From the NCBI RefSeq assembly GCF_964355755.1, contig NC_092678.1, positions 21,035,365-21,099,364 of the forward strand: a stretch of 64,000 nucleotides of DNA. The letters are read 5' to 3'. Position numbers and translations under genes: made by a program. A model generated the notes under the pieces. The model worked only from the letters and a program-made list of their open reading frames with translations, was not told where the DNA came from and did no database searches. Below are positions 1 to 13,715 of this stretch, one piece after another; positions within the stretch are counted from its first letter, which is position 1; each line of letters starts with the position of its first letter. Source of the stretch: Antedon mediterranea. Its lineage: Eukaryota; Animalia; Echinodermata.

Positions 1-734
1 ACACAAGCTTGTTGAAAATAAGCACTTTCTTATCAGTGGGGGGATAGTTCAAATTACACAGTAAAATCTCTATTCTTTTATACACAAATTTTGTAAATAG
101 AGAGGCATTTTAAAAAGCTATGAAAAATAAACGGTGTGGTAAAAAAAGTTATCAGATGACTAAATATAGGTAATATAACTTGAATATTACATTTCTGATA
201 TTTTTATTCAACTTCAGATTTTTATTTTCATGCTATAGCAAAAATTATCCACCGTATATCCACCACCTTTTTTCACCGTCTAGGGAGTCACCAGACATGT
301 TATTACATTAGGTTAACTACCTAGCTACTGAAAAAAAGGTCTTCCTGGTTTTTATGGAAGAATTTTGCAAAATTTTGTATTTGGCCATATTAAGGGAAAT
401 TCATGTTTTTTTCGTCTTGATTTCTGTTACAAATATTTGATTTATGTACAATTAACCAAATATTATATTTAAAATTCATGCCTGTACCTGAGCTTTAAAA
501 GATACACTGGGTTCTGTTAAGCCAGATGTGTACCACTGGACCTTCAGTCCTTATCCAACACGAACTATGGCCTAGGGGAGCCTGGAACCTATGTCGATTG
601 TATAGCTACGGTTTTGTAATCCCCTGCTTTGATAGCTCAAACATTCGAAAACAACAACAACACCAACTAAGTGTTTAGAAAAGAAACTTTATCGTCATGA
701 AGGAAATAACTAAATTTCCTCCATGGTATCGTAA

Positions 735-869
735 AGCTTTGTCTACACTATCAAACTTTATGTGACAAAAAATGTGGTGTGCTCATATATGGTCATATCA
801 CTACCGTATTTGGGTATATTACAACCATATTTGGGCACATCAAACTAGTTTTATAGTGTAGACAGAGCT
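735..869. mobile_element. MITE family C (PIF/Harbinger-like, TIR AGCTCTGTCTACACTA)
   Basis: TAA|AGCTTTGTCTACACTATCAAAC...TAGTGTAGACAGAGCT|TTA with internal ATATCACTACCATATTTGGGC repeats; about 10 copies in the window. Confidence 0.75.
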
Positions 870-2077
870 TTAGTCTACATGTGCTTTTTAAACACGTGCC
901 TACACTGTACTCATTTTCCTTGCACTTTTTACTTTCATTAAAAAATCTAGGCCAGTTCCAAATATCACACAAACGTTTTCGTAGAATTTTAGAGTTCGTA
1001 GAAATTAAGTTTGGAATCTTACAACAATTGAATGTCTTAATAATATTCCGAGCAAAACAGTACGTTACTGTTTAATTAAACAATTACGTGTTCCATATTT
1101 TTATTTCACACAATGTGCTATAAAATTCTAGGCCTATGTGAAATAAATAACATTACAACATCAAAGCTATCTTACGCGAATGGCAATTTCACTTTAGTAA
1201 ATTTATACGTTAAATGTGTTCTTGATCTTATCAATAAATCTGCTGTAATTTTAGTGATATTAAATTTCTTTGCTACAAGAGCCGGTAGTAGGCCAATAAT
1301 TCTCTGCTTTATTCAATGTCTTTTCTCTGACCGACTTTATGTTATAATTTTATGAAGAAAATCCTTTGATTTTTATAGTTTTCTCATTCTCGGTGATATA
1401 ATAATTGTCAACCTGTATCATAAAAATAATATCGTAACTTGTGTTTTATGTATTTTTAATATTAGTTTATATAAAATTCCGGAAAATAGGCTACACCAAT
1501 TTCATTTATAAAGAAAGGTTCAAAGCATGTATGGCCTTGTGGTAATTAATATTAAGTCCGCATGGATATCGTTATTTTATACGTTTCCATTTTTGCAAGT
1601 TTAAAATACAACATCATTTTTTTTTCAATTGATTAATTACAAACATGAGCATATTGTCGATCGTTCGTATACCACTCACGTCAGATGAAAAAATAGCGAG
1701 ATAAAGTCACGTGTGCAGTGTTTCGACCAATCACGATAACGTTTATTCTAACATTTGTTAAACTCTACTGAGCCTTTGGTTCAACTGACTCAGATGCCTG
1801 TAAAGTTTTGACAATTTCTTTTGAATGCTAATCCAGTAAAATAATTCACTATAGCAAATTGATGATACAACTGTGATTATAGCTCTCACGAGTAAATATA
1901 TTAAAATCAATCAAATATTGACAATTTCGTGGACTGTACTTTTCCAAGACATTTGTCATCGTTTAAGAAACACAAAAAGCATTCTAAAACGTCTGTACAA
2001 TCGTCGTCGATTAAAGTTGAATTTTAAACTACTCCATCACGTTAAACAATCTAGTTTCTTCTGCAGCTTTCGTGCAA

Positions 2078-2867
2078 TCAGTACGAATACTTTATTTATT
2101 TTCAGTTATATTCTATTAATATTCTGTTTCTGTTGTCGTTATTTTCTAGTCAATCTTCTCTCTAAAGCTTTGTTCACACTAGAAGACGCAACGCGAGGAC
2201 GTAGACACAATGCAAGCGAGTTTATCAATGTCTTACCTTAGTAAAAATTTGGCAAATTGTAATCAGTACGAATACTTTATTTTCAGTTATATTCTATTAA
2301 TATTCTGTTTCTGTTGTCGTTATTTTCTAGTCAATCTTCTCTCTAAAGCTTTGTTCACACTAGAAGACGCAACGCGAGGACGTAGACACAATGCAAGCGA
2401 GTTTATCAATGTCTTACCTTAGTAAAAATTTGGCAAATTGTAATCAGTACGAATACTTTATTTTCAGTTATATTCTATTAATATTCTGTTTCTGTTGTCG
2501 TTATTTTCTAGTCAATCTTCTCTCTAAAGCTTTGTTCACACTAGAAGACGCAACGCGAGGACGTAGACACAATGCAAGCGAGTTGATCAATGTCTTACCT
2601 TAGTAAGAAATTGGCAAATTGTAATCAGTACGAATACTTTATTTTCAGTTATATTCTATTAATATTATGTTTCTGTTGTCGTTATTTTTTAATCAATCTT
2701 CTCTCTAAAGCTGTGTTCACACTATAGGACGCAACGCGAGGACGTAGTAGCAACCAAGCGAGTTGACCAATGATAAGCGACTGTTTGAATAATCCATAAT
2801 TTGTGATGGGTCGACTCGCTTACTTTGCGTTACGTCCTTGCGCTGCGTCTATAGTGAGAACCCAGCT
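2078..2867. repeat. 181-bp tandem repeat (flank plus MITE A left end, x3) followed by a complete MITE A (2709-2867)
   Basis: The left TIR AGCTTTGTTCACACTAG recurs at 2166, 2347, 2528 and 2709. Only the last copy has a right TIR. Confidence 0.85.
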
Positions 2868-4889
2868 TTAGTATCAATAGGAAAGCTGTAATATGGATAT
2901 CTAGCCAATCTGTTTGAAAACTAAAGTAAAAGAAAAATGTGTAATGTAACAGTTAGTAATCATTTATTTGAACTTTCAATTGCCTTGATTAAATTTGCAA
3001 GTTGAATTTTCCGCGTAACCTTATCAAGAATTAATGTAACATTTCGACCGCTTTCGAAAGATGCTTGAAAGAAGATGATTTTGCAGTAATACGAACATTG
3101 AATTTTTCATCAATCTCAATGTACTTAGTATGAAGTACCGTACAAATTACGTCAGAGTAGGGCAAACAGCTTACCAATTACTCAACACCCTGACGCAAAG
3201 CCACCGTAGTTAAAAACAATTACAAAATTGAATAAAATGTCTTTCAATTGCGATCTTTGATATAAACTATAACAAATCTATAGTATTGTAAAAGCTCTTT
3301 TCTAGGCCAAACTTCCTAAAACGTTCTCTCAAAAAATTGCATTGACAAATTGTGCTTGAGTTTGGCGTTTGTGAGAGCATTTTGTCTGTTTTATAGTACA
3401 ACTTTAAATAATAGCTCTTTTATATGTTATAGTATCGTATTAGTCATCTGAGTCAATAACTGCCAGTTTTCTTTGTACATGTAACAAATAGCGATTTACT
3501 CGTTTTTGAAAGATAATTACTGTACATCTTTATTAAGTTATTGTTAGTGTCTACTAATATATGTTATGTCCATACACTGTAGACCACTAAACTGTGTCAG
3601 AAATTCCCCAGTTACTGCAGCACAGATAGTTTTAGAATTGAATACGAAGATAAAGATATGAATCATGTATCTTCAAAGATCCAAAATGCTAGAAACTCTC
3701 CAATTCTAACGTTAAGTGACCAAACTTGAAGACCGTTATTTTATTGACATTGGGAATAATACAATACGGGAAAAAACAGTTAAGTGTTAATTACGCTGCA
3801 GGCGTTATCATTACTGTAACCTCGCGCCAGTTGCAGCATTCATGGTTAGATGTTGCAAAAACAAAATTCTTGCTACTTGTATTACTTAGCTATTTGATAT
3901 TATCTTTCTATGTAATTTGAGCCAATCACATTATGAATAAAGAAGAGCCCATTTGGTATCGTACATTAGTAAATGAAGCAGTGATAGCGTGATTTCTTTG
4001 AAACCACTTAGGCTGCCCATGTTAGATGGAGTAGGCTATAAATTGCGCCAGGAATCTATATTTGTTTACCTTATTTAATTACATTGTATTGTTTTTGAAA
4101 CATTTATCTTTAGTCCCTTTCCACAACTCACTCACTCTTTACTATCTATTATAACAGATATTGAATGATTATTATAATTGCTAAAATCAATTTAATTTCC
4201 AATGTTTTATTTAGCAACACATTTTAAGCACACTCATGAGCCCCGCGCAAGCTTAAGTATTTACCGGGTGAGTTTGTTCATGGGCACCCGATATCGCTAA
4301 CTGTTGTGGGGGAGGAACCAACTTACACTGGTAAATGACTAAGCCTAGCCTCTATATAATCTATGTTAAATTGTTTATATTTACATTTGTTTTTGTATAC
4401 ATTTTTTTCTATTAAGTAACCCATTACAGCAAATTACCACTTCAAATTCGGGACCAATATCTTAAGTGATGCCTGTTTTCCATTAAACGAATGTATTCGC
4501 GCGAATCGAATATTCCTGAGGTCTGATTGGTTGTTGCGCATTTCTTTGCATTTCAAGTTGGTAGAAACATGTGGTGAAATATGCATTTCGATTTGCGCGC
4601 CAATAGTATACATGCACACACAAAAAAAAAAATACAAAAAATCGTTTGAGGCATCATATATTGAATTATACAGGACAGTACAGTAAATTTGTAAACATAG
4701 ATCAATACCTTCTCAACTTGTAATCAATCGTTCTTTTATAGCTATGAGGCGGCGTGACTCACCAAATGCACGGCTGGATCAAACCCATACGAAACGCCTA
4801 CGGTAGAGTCCAGTAAGGAAATCAAGTTGACAACACTTAAGTAAGTAAAAGCATTAATTATAATAGTATGAAAAATATGGAAAACTTAC

Positions 4890-5953
4890 CTTAAAATCGT
4901 TTGCTGTTCCAAAGTATAACGGTACAAATGCCAACCATACGATACACGTTGTATACATCGTAAACGCAATAAACTTGGCTTCGTTAAAATTCTCTGGAAT
5001 TTTTCGCGTTTTAAACGCATATACAGTACAACAAAACACTAAAAGTATCGCATAAACTAACGAAACCATTAGAGAAAGTTCAGATTCACTGCATTTTAAA
5101 ACAACAGTTGAGTTATTGTTTGAATAATCCAGTCGCACTCCGGGCCTCTCAATTATAAGCCATAATAATGAGCCAACTAACTGGATAGCCACCATCATCA
5201 TGCATATGATTAATTGCGAGAAAGGACTTATATACTTAGGTCTTTGAGGACTCTGCGTTGAATTAAAAATTCTTGCTATGCGATTTGTTTTTGTTAGCAA
5301 TGCGGAATAGCACATAGCGAACGAAATTCCTATACCAACTCTTCGTAAAGTACACGATGGCAGAGATGGCTTTGCTAGGATCACAAAAGTCATGAAGTAA
5401 CACCAGATGACACCAGCCAATAGGAAATAACTTAACTCGCGCGCGGAAGCACGCACAACAGGCGTGTCGTTATACTTTATGAATATGCAAATTACAATAG
5501 ATGTAGCAATGACACCGCCTAAACTGAAGATGACTGGAATAATTGACCACACTTCATTCCAGTGCATGTAGTCGATTGGAATGACGTCACAGCCAGTTTT
5601 CTCCTTGTTCGGCCATTCTCCTAATTTACACTTTTCGCACAGGAATTCATTCAAAAGAAACTCGTTTTCGCGACAAGGAAAGCAGATCCAACAACACGGT
5701 TCTCCTTCCTGTAGATTCTTCACCTCTCCTTTTTTACACGGTTCACTGCACTGCGAAAGAGGTATCGCATTGTCTGTGGAGAGCTTACTGTTGAATTGCA
5801 CCATGTCGATATCTAGGTGTAGAGTTCCCATAGACCAGTTTCCGACATTCACATAGTGATAATGTTTGTCCGATCCCATACGGTAATTCATGATGTCGTA
5901 ACGGCCTGGTCCATCACCCCGCTCGTCAAAACTTACTCTTGAGCCCGTGATAT
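4890..5953 (-). CDS. GRM3: GRM2/3-like second coding exon: end of flytrap, cysteine-rich domain, TM1-TM6
   Basis: The acceptor ttcctttcttacAG continues phase 1 (G+AT = Asp, then ITGSRVSFDERGDG). Motifs include CSEPC, CCWIC, TPVVRASARELSY, LLTKTNRIARIF and PENFNEAKFIAFTMYTTCIVWLAF. A phase 0 GTAAGT donor follows ANDFK. The TM7 exon was not found in 1-4889. Confidence 0.95.
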
Positions 5954-6579
5954 CTGTAAGAAAGGAATCAGTGAGAATCAGTAGAATTATACAACACAAT
6001 ATAGGGAACTTCGATTTCGGAAGACCAGAGTAGGCCTACGTATACATTGAGTTTAGGGGTTTTTATCATTTTTGGACCAAAATTTCCGTCGATTATAAGG
6101 ACGACCAGACCTGATAGAAATGTGCAGACTGTTACTACCCTTATATGTGTTGATATTGACTTATAATACTCAATATACGTATGCAATGAATTTCTATTTT
6201 TAGAATGACAAAGTAATGTATTGTTAATAAACCCATCATAATTATTTCAGAGTAGCTATTAAAGCGTTTGTATTTTTGTCGGCAGCGTGCACAATATCTG
6301 AAATTACTCAAAATTGGCATATCATAAGTAATTATTCTATAGATCATTCAACATAAACCTACCCAATTGAGCACGTAGGTCTATTAGCAATACGGATGAG
6401 ATGTACATAATGAACAAATAAAATGTTAGCGCATGACTTTTTCTTATCAATAATTTCGAAAAAGTAGTAGACTTTTATAATAACAATTTTAATTGATTCC
6501 TTTTATTAAAATATTGTCAGTAAAAATAAAGTAGAGAAATAGACTTAAATAACTTAGGGCGGAAACGACATATTTGTCC

Positions 6580-7495
6580 CCATGTACAGTATAGTGAACA
6601 GTGGTCTAATGTGTCACCATATAGTGAACAGTGGTCTAATGTAACCCCGTGTATAGTGAAAAGTGCTTCAATGTGTCCCCATGTATAGTGAACAGTGCTA
6701 TAATGACGGTCTTCGTATTTAGTGGACAGTGTTCTAATGTGTCACCATGTATAGTGAACAGTGCTCTAATATGTCACCATGTATAGTGAACAGTGCTCTA
6801 ATGTGTCATCATGTATAGTGAACAGTGCTCTAATGTGTCATCATGTATAGTGAACAGTGCTCTAATGTGTCACCATGTATAGTGAACAGTGCTCTAATAT
6901 GTCACCATGTAATAGTGAACAGTGCTCTAATGTGTCACCATGTATAGTGAACAGTGCTCTAATATGTCACCATGTAATAGTGAACAGTGCTCTAATGTGT
7001 CACCATGTATAGTGAACAGTGCTCTAGTCTGTCACCATGTATAGTGAACAGTGCTCTAGTCTGTCCCCATGTATAGTGAACAGTGCTCTAGTCTGTCACC
7101 ATGTATAGTGAACAGTGCTCTAGTCTGTCCCCATGTATAGTGAACAGTGCTCTAATATGTCACCATGTAATAGTGAACAGTGCTCTAATGTGTCACCATG
7201 TATAGTGAACAGTGCTCTAATATGTCACCATGTAATAGTGAACAGTGCTCTAATGTGTCACCATGTATAGTGAACAGTGCTCTAATGTGTCACCATGTAT
7301 AGTGAACAGTGCTCTAGTCTGTCCCCATGTATACAGTGCTCTAATGTTTCTCCATGTATAGTGTACAGTGCTTAAATGTATCCCCGTGTGAACTGTGTTC
7401 TAATGTGTTACCATGTACAGTGGACAGTGCTCTAATGTATCATCAATAGTGAACAGTGCTTTAATGTATCCCCGTGTAAACAGTGCTCTAATGTG
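6580..7495. repeat. 32-bp minisatellite in the mGluR intron
   Basis: Unit TCACCATGTATAGTGAACAGTGCTCTAATGTG, with a homogeneous centre and degenerate edges. Confidence 0.95.
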
Positions 7496-8344
7496 AACCA
7501 GGATTCACTGACACTGTATAGTTACATACAACATGATATAACTAATTCCCATTATCTTCAGTGACCAACTATTAATCCGTGTAATTGCACTAGAATCTCG
7601 CGTACCTACTTGAAACCTACTACTAGAGTTCGTACGTTCACAGAGCACTTAACTCACTGACCCAACATGGTGGTTTAAGCCTAACAGTTCGAACGGTATG
7701 TTAAGCATTCTGTCACCCACATCATGGAGATGGACTGTATGCCTATTGTCAAGCGGTCATTAAAAAGTTCAGATATGCCTAATTTTCTAGCGTTAAATGT
7801 AAACCTAGGCCTACTAGTATTCTCGGCTTGTTATTCTGTGGGCGCCTAGGCCTACTAATATTCTCGGCTTGTTATTCTGTGGGCGTCAGATAACGAAGAT
7901 GATGTGCCCGGTGTATCCACCGCCAGTTTATCTAACCATATTGTCTGCAGAACGGTAATTTCCATAATTAGGCCTATATACTGTATACCCTTGGAAATTG
8001 ATTACATTGATAGATTGATAGATAATTGTAACACAACAATAACACGATTTTTCTAGCATCAGGTGTTACATTTGGCTTTTAATTAGGAAAGCTAATCTTG
8101 TTTTCAACCCCACTTGTTAAAAAATGAATTCAATTTGGTGTTTAACCTTGTGGTGACGTTTTAAACACTGCTAATAGGCCTAAATACTTTTTTTTGCTCC
8201 ACAGCGTGTAGCAGATGTGTTAGTAAAATTATTTTAATAAATTTATTTTATTTTATTAATTTCTTACACAATTGGCGTATTTACTAGGTCTAGTAGATTG
8301 GTTATCGTTCATGGAGGCTAAACAAATTGTAATTATGTCAGACA

Positions 8345-8509
8345 CTCTCTGTCTACACAATCATACTAGTTTGACAAAAACAAGTGTAATGTGCCTAAAT
8401 ATGGTAGTGATATGCACACAAAAAATGTAGTGATGTGACTTCATCATGTCCATATATGGGCACATCACATTGTTGTTGTCACATAAAGTGTGATAGTGTA
8501 GACAGAGCT
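8345..8509. mobile_element. MITE family C copy
   Basis: CTCTGTCTACACAATCA...TGATAGTGTAGACAGAGCT|TTA. Confidence 0.75.
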
Positions 8510-9877
8510 TTAGATGGCTTTATAGGTTTACGTAATTGGGCGCACACGTACAGGCTACTATTGAATTAACAGCTTTTGAACGCCGCTCTGACCAGACGAT
8601 CATGTGATAGTCTGCGTGAAGTAGGCCTAGATAAAAATCCCGCCACACTGCATCTTGATAGGTACGCCATTGTCACGTCATATTCTAATTTGCAAAAAGC
8701 GTGGAAACATAATTAAAAACACGTATTTAATCTATAAAAGTAATTAAATATCGGTTTTTAAATTTGATTACCAATTAATCTGTCGCTATTACCGTTGCAA
8801 AGTTACTGTGGAGTGCTTTTGTTGAATGGCGTTGTTAAAAATGGATTCTCTAACAGATTTTATCAATTGAATCGATTTTATTAATGTTAATATCTAAAAA
8901 GAAATTATAACCAGATCTTGTGGGGATCGAGGTTCTTGTTTTGTTATTGCGTCATAAGCCTTTATTATAACATTTCAGATTATTTTCCGGAGTCAAGCTA
9001 TTGTGTTAAGCTATCAACTCCCATCTTATGCAAGACGTATAGGCCTACAGAAATCATATTACGTAATGTATATAGATATAAAACCGAAGCCATAACGTAT
9101 CAGTTCATTTGTGACCACCGCGACGACCAATGGTGGCGTAGGCCATGCGCCTTCATTTCCGACTGATTCCGGGTAGAATATAGCCTAGGCCACCATGATA
9201 TAGAGCTTTTGCTTTTACGACGCGCCTCTCGACTAGCACCCGCGGCTGTCGCGTCATTTTGCGTACGCTTAGCAATATGAGCATGCGCAGATTTTTTACT
9301 CGACAGTTACTCAGAATATAACAAACAGTATTTGTGTAATTTTCTTATTACTTTGAAGCAGCAATTAACACGTATTAACAAAAGCAATTTTGTGAATGCA
9401 TACGGGTGTGTACCGTTTTGTGATAAAATCTTGACATTAAGAATGCTTGAACACAAAAAAATTAATTATCCAGTTATCTACGACACGCGGAAGAATGCAG
9501 ACGGCGCGGTATTAATAAATATCCCCGATGATCCAAACATACGACCTGTTATAATGTTATCACTTTAGTTTCGATAATAGCGTTCAAATGAGAAAAACTA
9601 TTATTCAGAACATAAATATTCCTAAGCCTAAGTTTCAGAAAACGACGGGTAAATGCTGCGATTTAAACGCATGCGTATATGCCATGCGTCTCTGCACGAA
9701 CATGGTGTACAAACGTCTGTTCACAAGGTTGATTGGCTACAAGTAATTTCTGCTGACAATTTTCCTCATTAAAAGAACAATATATAAGAATCCTCGCTTA
9801 TGGTAAAAATAAACATTTAATTAGTAAAGTATCGGTCCCAACGGCCCAGGGCTTTGTTGAAGCTATCAAAAATAGTT

Positions 9878-10275
9878 TTTAGTCTCACAGAATACCCCCA
9901 ATTGTATAGAAAAAAAACTTTTAAAATTGGTTGGAATATAGGCCTATTGAAGGATGAACCAATTAATTATGAAGATGGCAATATATATCCGTATTTTTCT
10001 GTCTCAGAAAATACCCCAACTGTATAGAAAAACAATTTTTCTGTCTCACAAAATACCCCAACTGTATAGAAAAACAATTTTTCTGTCTCACAAAATACCC
10101 CAACTGTATAGAAAAACAATTTTTCTGTCTCACAAAATACCTCAACTGTATAGAAAACAAAACCGTTTAAAATTTGAATATATTGACCGATAACCCAATT
10201 ATTAAAACCATAAAACTGGCACCGTATTTTTCTGTCTCATAAAAACCCCAACTGTATATGAAAAAAAAACCGTTT
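9878..10275. repeat. 42-bp tandem repeat (x4) with two outlying copies
   Basis: Unit TTTTCTGTCTCACAAAATACCCCAACTGTATAGAAAAACAAT; it explains the repetitive ORFs at 9954 and 9963. Confidence 0.9.
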
Positions 10276-11129
10276 AAATTTGGAATATATTGGCGGATGA
10301 AATATACTGTAACAATAAGGCATTATGCTTGTAGAGAAGAATTAAATTCTTATTAGGCTAGTCGCTTAGTCATAAACATTAATCGAAACACTCGTAAACT
10401 GTGACATAATATTGCTCACTTAGGATTAAAGATTTAATAGGCGAAATAGCAGATAAAATCCTAGTGTTCCCAAATCTAAATGTGTGATTTTTATACGTCC
10501 CTTGTTACTGTACTAATGGGTATTTTTGTAGGAAAAAATTCAACTTCAATAAGTTTATCGAAAAAGGCGAGGAAAAACAAAGCCTGTGTAACATTTAACA
10601 CAAAATAGAACGCGGGAAAAGAAGGTCAGACAAGTATTTAGTGATAAAAAGGGCGCGAAAAATATCTTTACGTCTAAACATGAATGTATATCGTCTGCCA
10701 AGTAGAGCGCAGTTTACGCGCAAATCCAAGCTGCTCACATATGTTTTAATAACGTGTCAAAATGATGATGACTTTTGAATTATAGCAATTATCAACAAAG
10801 TCGCGATGTTTTAAAGGAATCAACGAAAGAAGATTGAAAAGTAGGCCTAGGTTGAGTTGATCTAACGTCGACGGTGTGCCCACACAGTTATACATTAATG
10901 CAAAAAATCTTGTATGTTATGACCAATAACAGAGACACACTATTATAGTAAATCCATTTAAAGCACTGAAGTTAATTAATTTTGATAAATTAATATAAAC
11001 GTTTATATGACTTGGTATTAACGTTTGCACTTGCATTATTTGCCATGCCATACATTAAAAAGCTATAAGTATTTGATTTATCTCCGTCGTAGAGTAGTTT
11101 AATATAGGTCTACTTTGTTATATAAACGT

Positions 11130-11382
11130 CGTCGAGTACGTTGGTATAGTTTTACACCGGTTGGTGAGTACTTCGGTATACTTTTTACCCGTCGTCGATT
11201 GTTACCTGGCTATAAAATTATACCCGTCATCGCCGGTACTTTCGTATACATAGTATGTCATCGAGTACGTTAGTATAGTTTTACACCGGTTGGTGAGTAC
11301 TTCGGTATACTTTTTTACCCGTCGTCGATTATTACCTGACTATAATGATATATCCGTCATCGCCGGAACTTTCGTATACATA
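11130..11382. repeat. ~130-bp direct duplication
   Basis: TCGAGTACGTT(G/A)GTATAGTTTTACACCGGTTGGTGAGTACTTCGG... occurs twice. Confidence 0.85.
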
Positions 11383-11501
11383 TTATAGTTTTATAAACGT
11401 CAACAAGAACCGGTACTTAAGTATATATTTATTATTAGTCTACTCGTCGTCAAGTGTACATGCTTTAGATCTAGGTTTATTCCCGTCGTCGTCGGTACTA
11501 A

Positions 11502-11680
11502 AGCTTGGTTCCCACTAGAACGTAACAAAAGGACGTAAACGCAACGCAAGCGTTTTAACCAATGACAAGCGAAGTTATAGACAGTTAGCAATCACAAGCG
11601 AATAAGCCATCGCTTGTGATTGGTCAATTCACTTGAGTTGCGTTACGTCCTTGTGTTGCGTCGCTAGTGGCAACCACCAT
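11502..11680 (-). mobile_element. MITE family A copy (179-bp subfamily, reverse orientation)
   Basis: Near-identical reverse complement of 24536-24714. Confidence 0.8.
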
Positions 11681-11888
11681 GATAGTTTGTTACACAGCCG
11701 TTGTCTTGAATACTCGTCGTCGTCGTCGTCTCGAATATAAATCCCATTATGAGACACTGATTCAATTAACCTATATTCATTATTATATATTATTATTATT
11801 ATTATATTAACATTTTGCAATTCAACACCAATTAATTGTACCCAAATTAATCCTATTTATTGTGACGTAATAAAATGAGTTGACTTAC

Positions 11889-13230
11889 CTTCAAATGTAA
11901 CGTTAAGTAGATAATCTAAGTAAAATTTCTTGCCTTCGTCCGCTGTAGGAAGTCCACAAAATTTGTTTTTCTCAAAAGTACAATTTGTAGTCGATTCGTG
12001 CCGAAAGTTATCCAGCGCATGCGCCATCGCGTAGACGGCATCAACAACAAATTGTATCTTTTTCTCTTGCGCGTACGTATCGTTCGTGAGTCGCAAAGAC
12101 TCGTCACATGGATTTTTTGAATTGTTACCTAACTGGCAACTGAACTGATCTTCCCAAAACTCCTTAAACCAGGCATTCCCTTTTTGGTTATCGGGGTGTA
12201 AATTTAAAAAATATTCATCAAACTCTTTGATAGTTTTAGTTTGTAATTCTATAGTTATAGCACCTTGAGCGACTTCTTCGTTGCCTTGTACGGGTACCTC
12301 CTGAACGCCCCACCCGTCGCTTGCGAGCCAGACAAAGTTGTACCCAGCTCGTTGAGCCGCAGCCATGATTTCCCTAGCGTCATCCATACGGGTGAACAGT
12401 ATCACAGCTCTTGCCTTGGCGTTATTGTTATCAAGATTTTTTACAATTTTATCAAACGTGATATTGTTCGAGACAAACGGAACCGTCTCGGACGCTGCTA
12501 TACATATATTTCTAGCCCGTGCTTCCCGTTCAAATTGATCGATTCCAGGTTCGCCATATTGGCCTTCCGATGCCACAGTAGATACGTAGTCCCACTTGAA
12601 AGCTGCAACGATGTCAACCATAGCCTTAGCTTGCAATGTATCAGGCGGCACAGTTCGAGCGAAGTAATCAAACCGAGTCTTGTCTGACAATTGAGCGCTG
12701 GTAGATGCGTAGCTTATCTGCGGTAACTTAAACAGACGAAGAAGATTCGCAACTTGCGACGTTACTGTGCTGTAAGAACCACCAATAACGCCGAACAATA
12801 CTTGATCGGCGATGTTGGTGCCATCTTGATTACACGGACAATTTGAAAATTCGTCTGAACTCAATGACGACCTGACAAACTTCAAAGATTGCTCTAGCGC
12901 GTATATATCGAGGGAGCACGTATCGCGAATTTCCGCGCCTAATGTAAGTCCTTTTAGCAGCGTCGAATCATTGTTGATTTTCTTTACGGCGAATCGCATC
13001 GCTTCCGCCCGCTGGATGCCACGGTCAACGTTCATCGGTCCACACGGCACTCCATTCGAACCCTTCTCGTGAATAGGAAACAATCCACCGAGTATCACAT
13101 CCCCAGGTTCAAATATCACATGAAAGCCTTTTCCTTCCTCTTCATTCTGGCCTGTCAAGCATTGATAACATGTAAAAAGCACGATTGAAATTAAAAGTGA
13201 ATTTGTATGCGTGCGTCCAGCAGCGTACAT
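11889..13230 (-). CDS. GRM3: Group II metabotropic glutamate receptor (GRM2/3-like), first coding exon: signal peptide and Venus flytrap domain
   Basis: The 457-aa ORF carries class C GPCR motifs GDVILGGLFPIH, RGIQRAEAM, GGSYS, VANLLRLFKLPQISYASTS, YFARTVPPD, ASDGWG and WFKEFWE. The GTAAGT donor (plus-strand acttac, 11883-11888) follows ...NVTFE-G, phase 1. GRM2 and GRM3 cannot be told apart; this is probably a co-orthologue. Confidence 0.95.
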
Positions 13231-13359
13231 GATGCTCGATGTCTATCTCTCTTTAGCTTGCGGCTCACAAGGCACTGAATGGCAATATGTGCACCAGCGT
13301 AAACACACATCTACTTCAGACCGTCTTCCCGAGACTACTGTAGTACAATTAAACAAGAC

Positions 13360-13715
13360 TTCGCTATGACGTCACACTAATCAATTATATCATAATTTGG
13401 TATACGAAATTAACAGTAACGAGTAGAAATCAAAATTACTCGCTACTCCGGTGTACGCATGTTGAAATAATATGCTCGTTTTCTAGTTATTAAACTTGCT
13501 TTCAAACATTAATTCCTTGTGTACGTTGTTTCGAATGTCAATCGTCTGACGGCAGTACGTAGGATATATACGTTCGAAAGGTAATTAATGAAATTATTTT
13601 ACGACCACATGCGCATGTGCACAGGTTAATTGAACTAATATCACGTGTTAATGTTGGTTAGATACCGTTGCAGACGATAACGTCGGTTAAACGTTGTGAC
13701 TTCTGCGCATGTTCC
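13360..13715 (-). promoter_or_regulatory. Putative proximal regulatory region of the mGluR gene
   Basis: A perfect CRE palindrome TGACGTCA lies at 13367-13374, with TGCGCATG (NRF1-like) motifs near 13610 and 13704. Motif match only. Confidence 0.3.

Noticed and set aside
1873-2603. Three near-identical 70-122-aa ORFs
   Set aside because: They are by-products of the 181-bp tandem repeat containing a MITE end.
3700-3860. Possible mGluR TM7 exon
   Set aside because: Minus-strand translations lack the SLSA...CLF.PK.YII motif, so the terminal exons are presumably outside the window.
12265-12687. 140-aa plus-strand ORF (also 5581-5856)
   Set aside because: Antisense shadows of mGluR coding exons.
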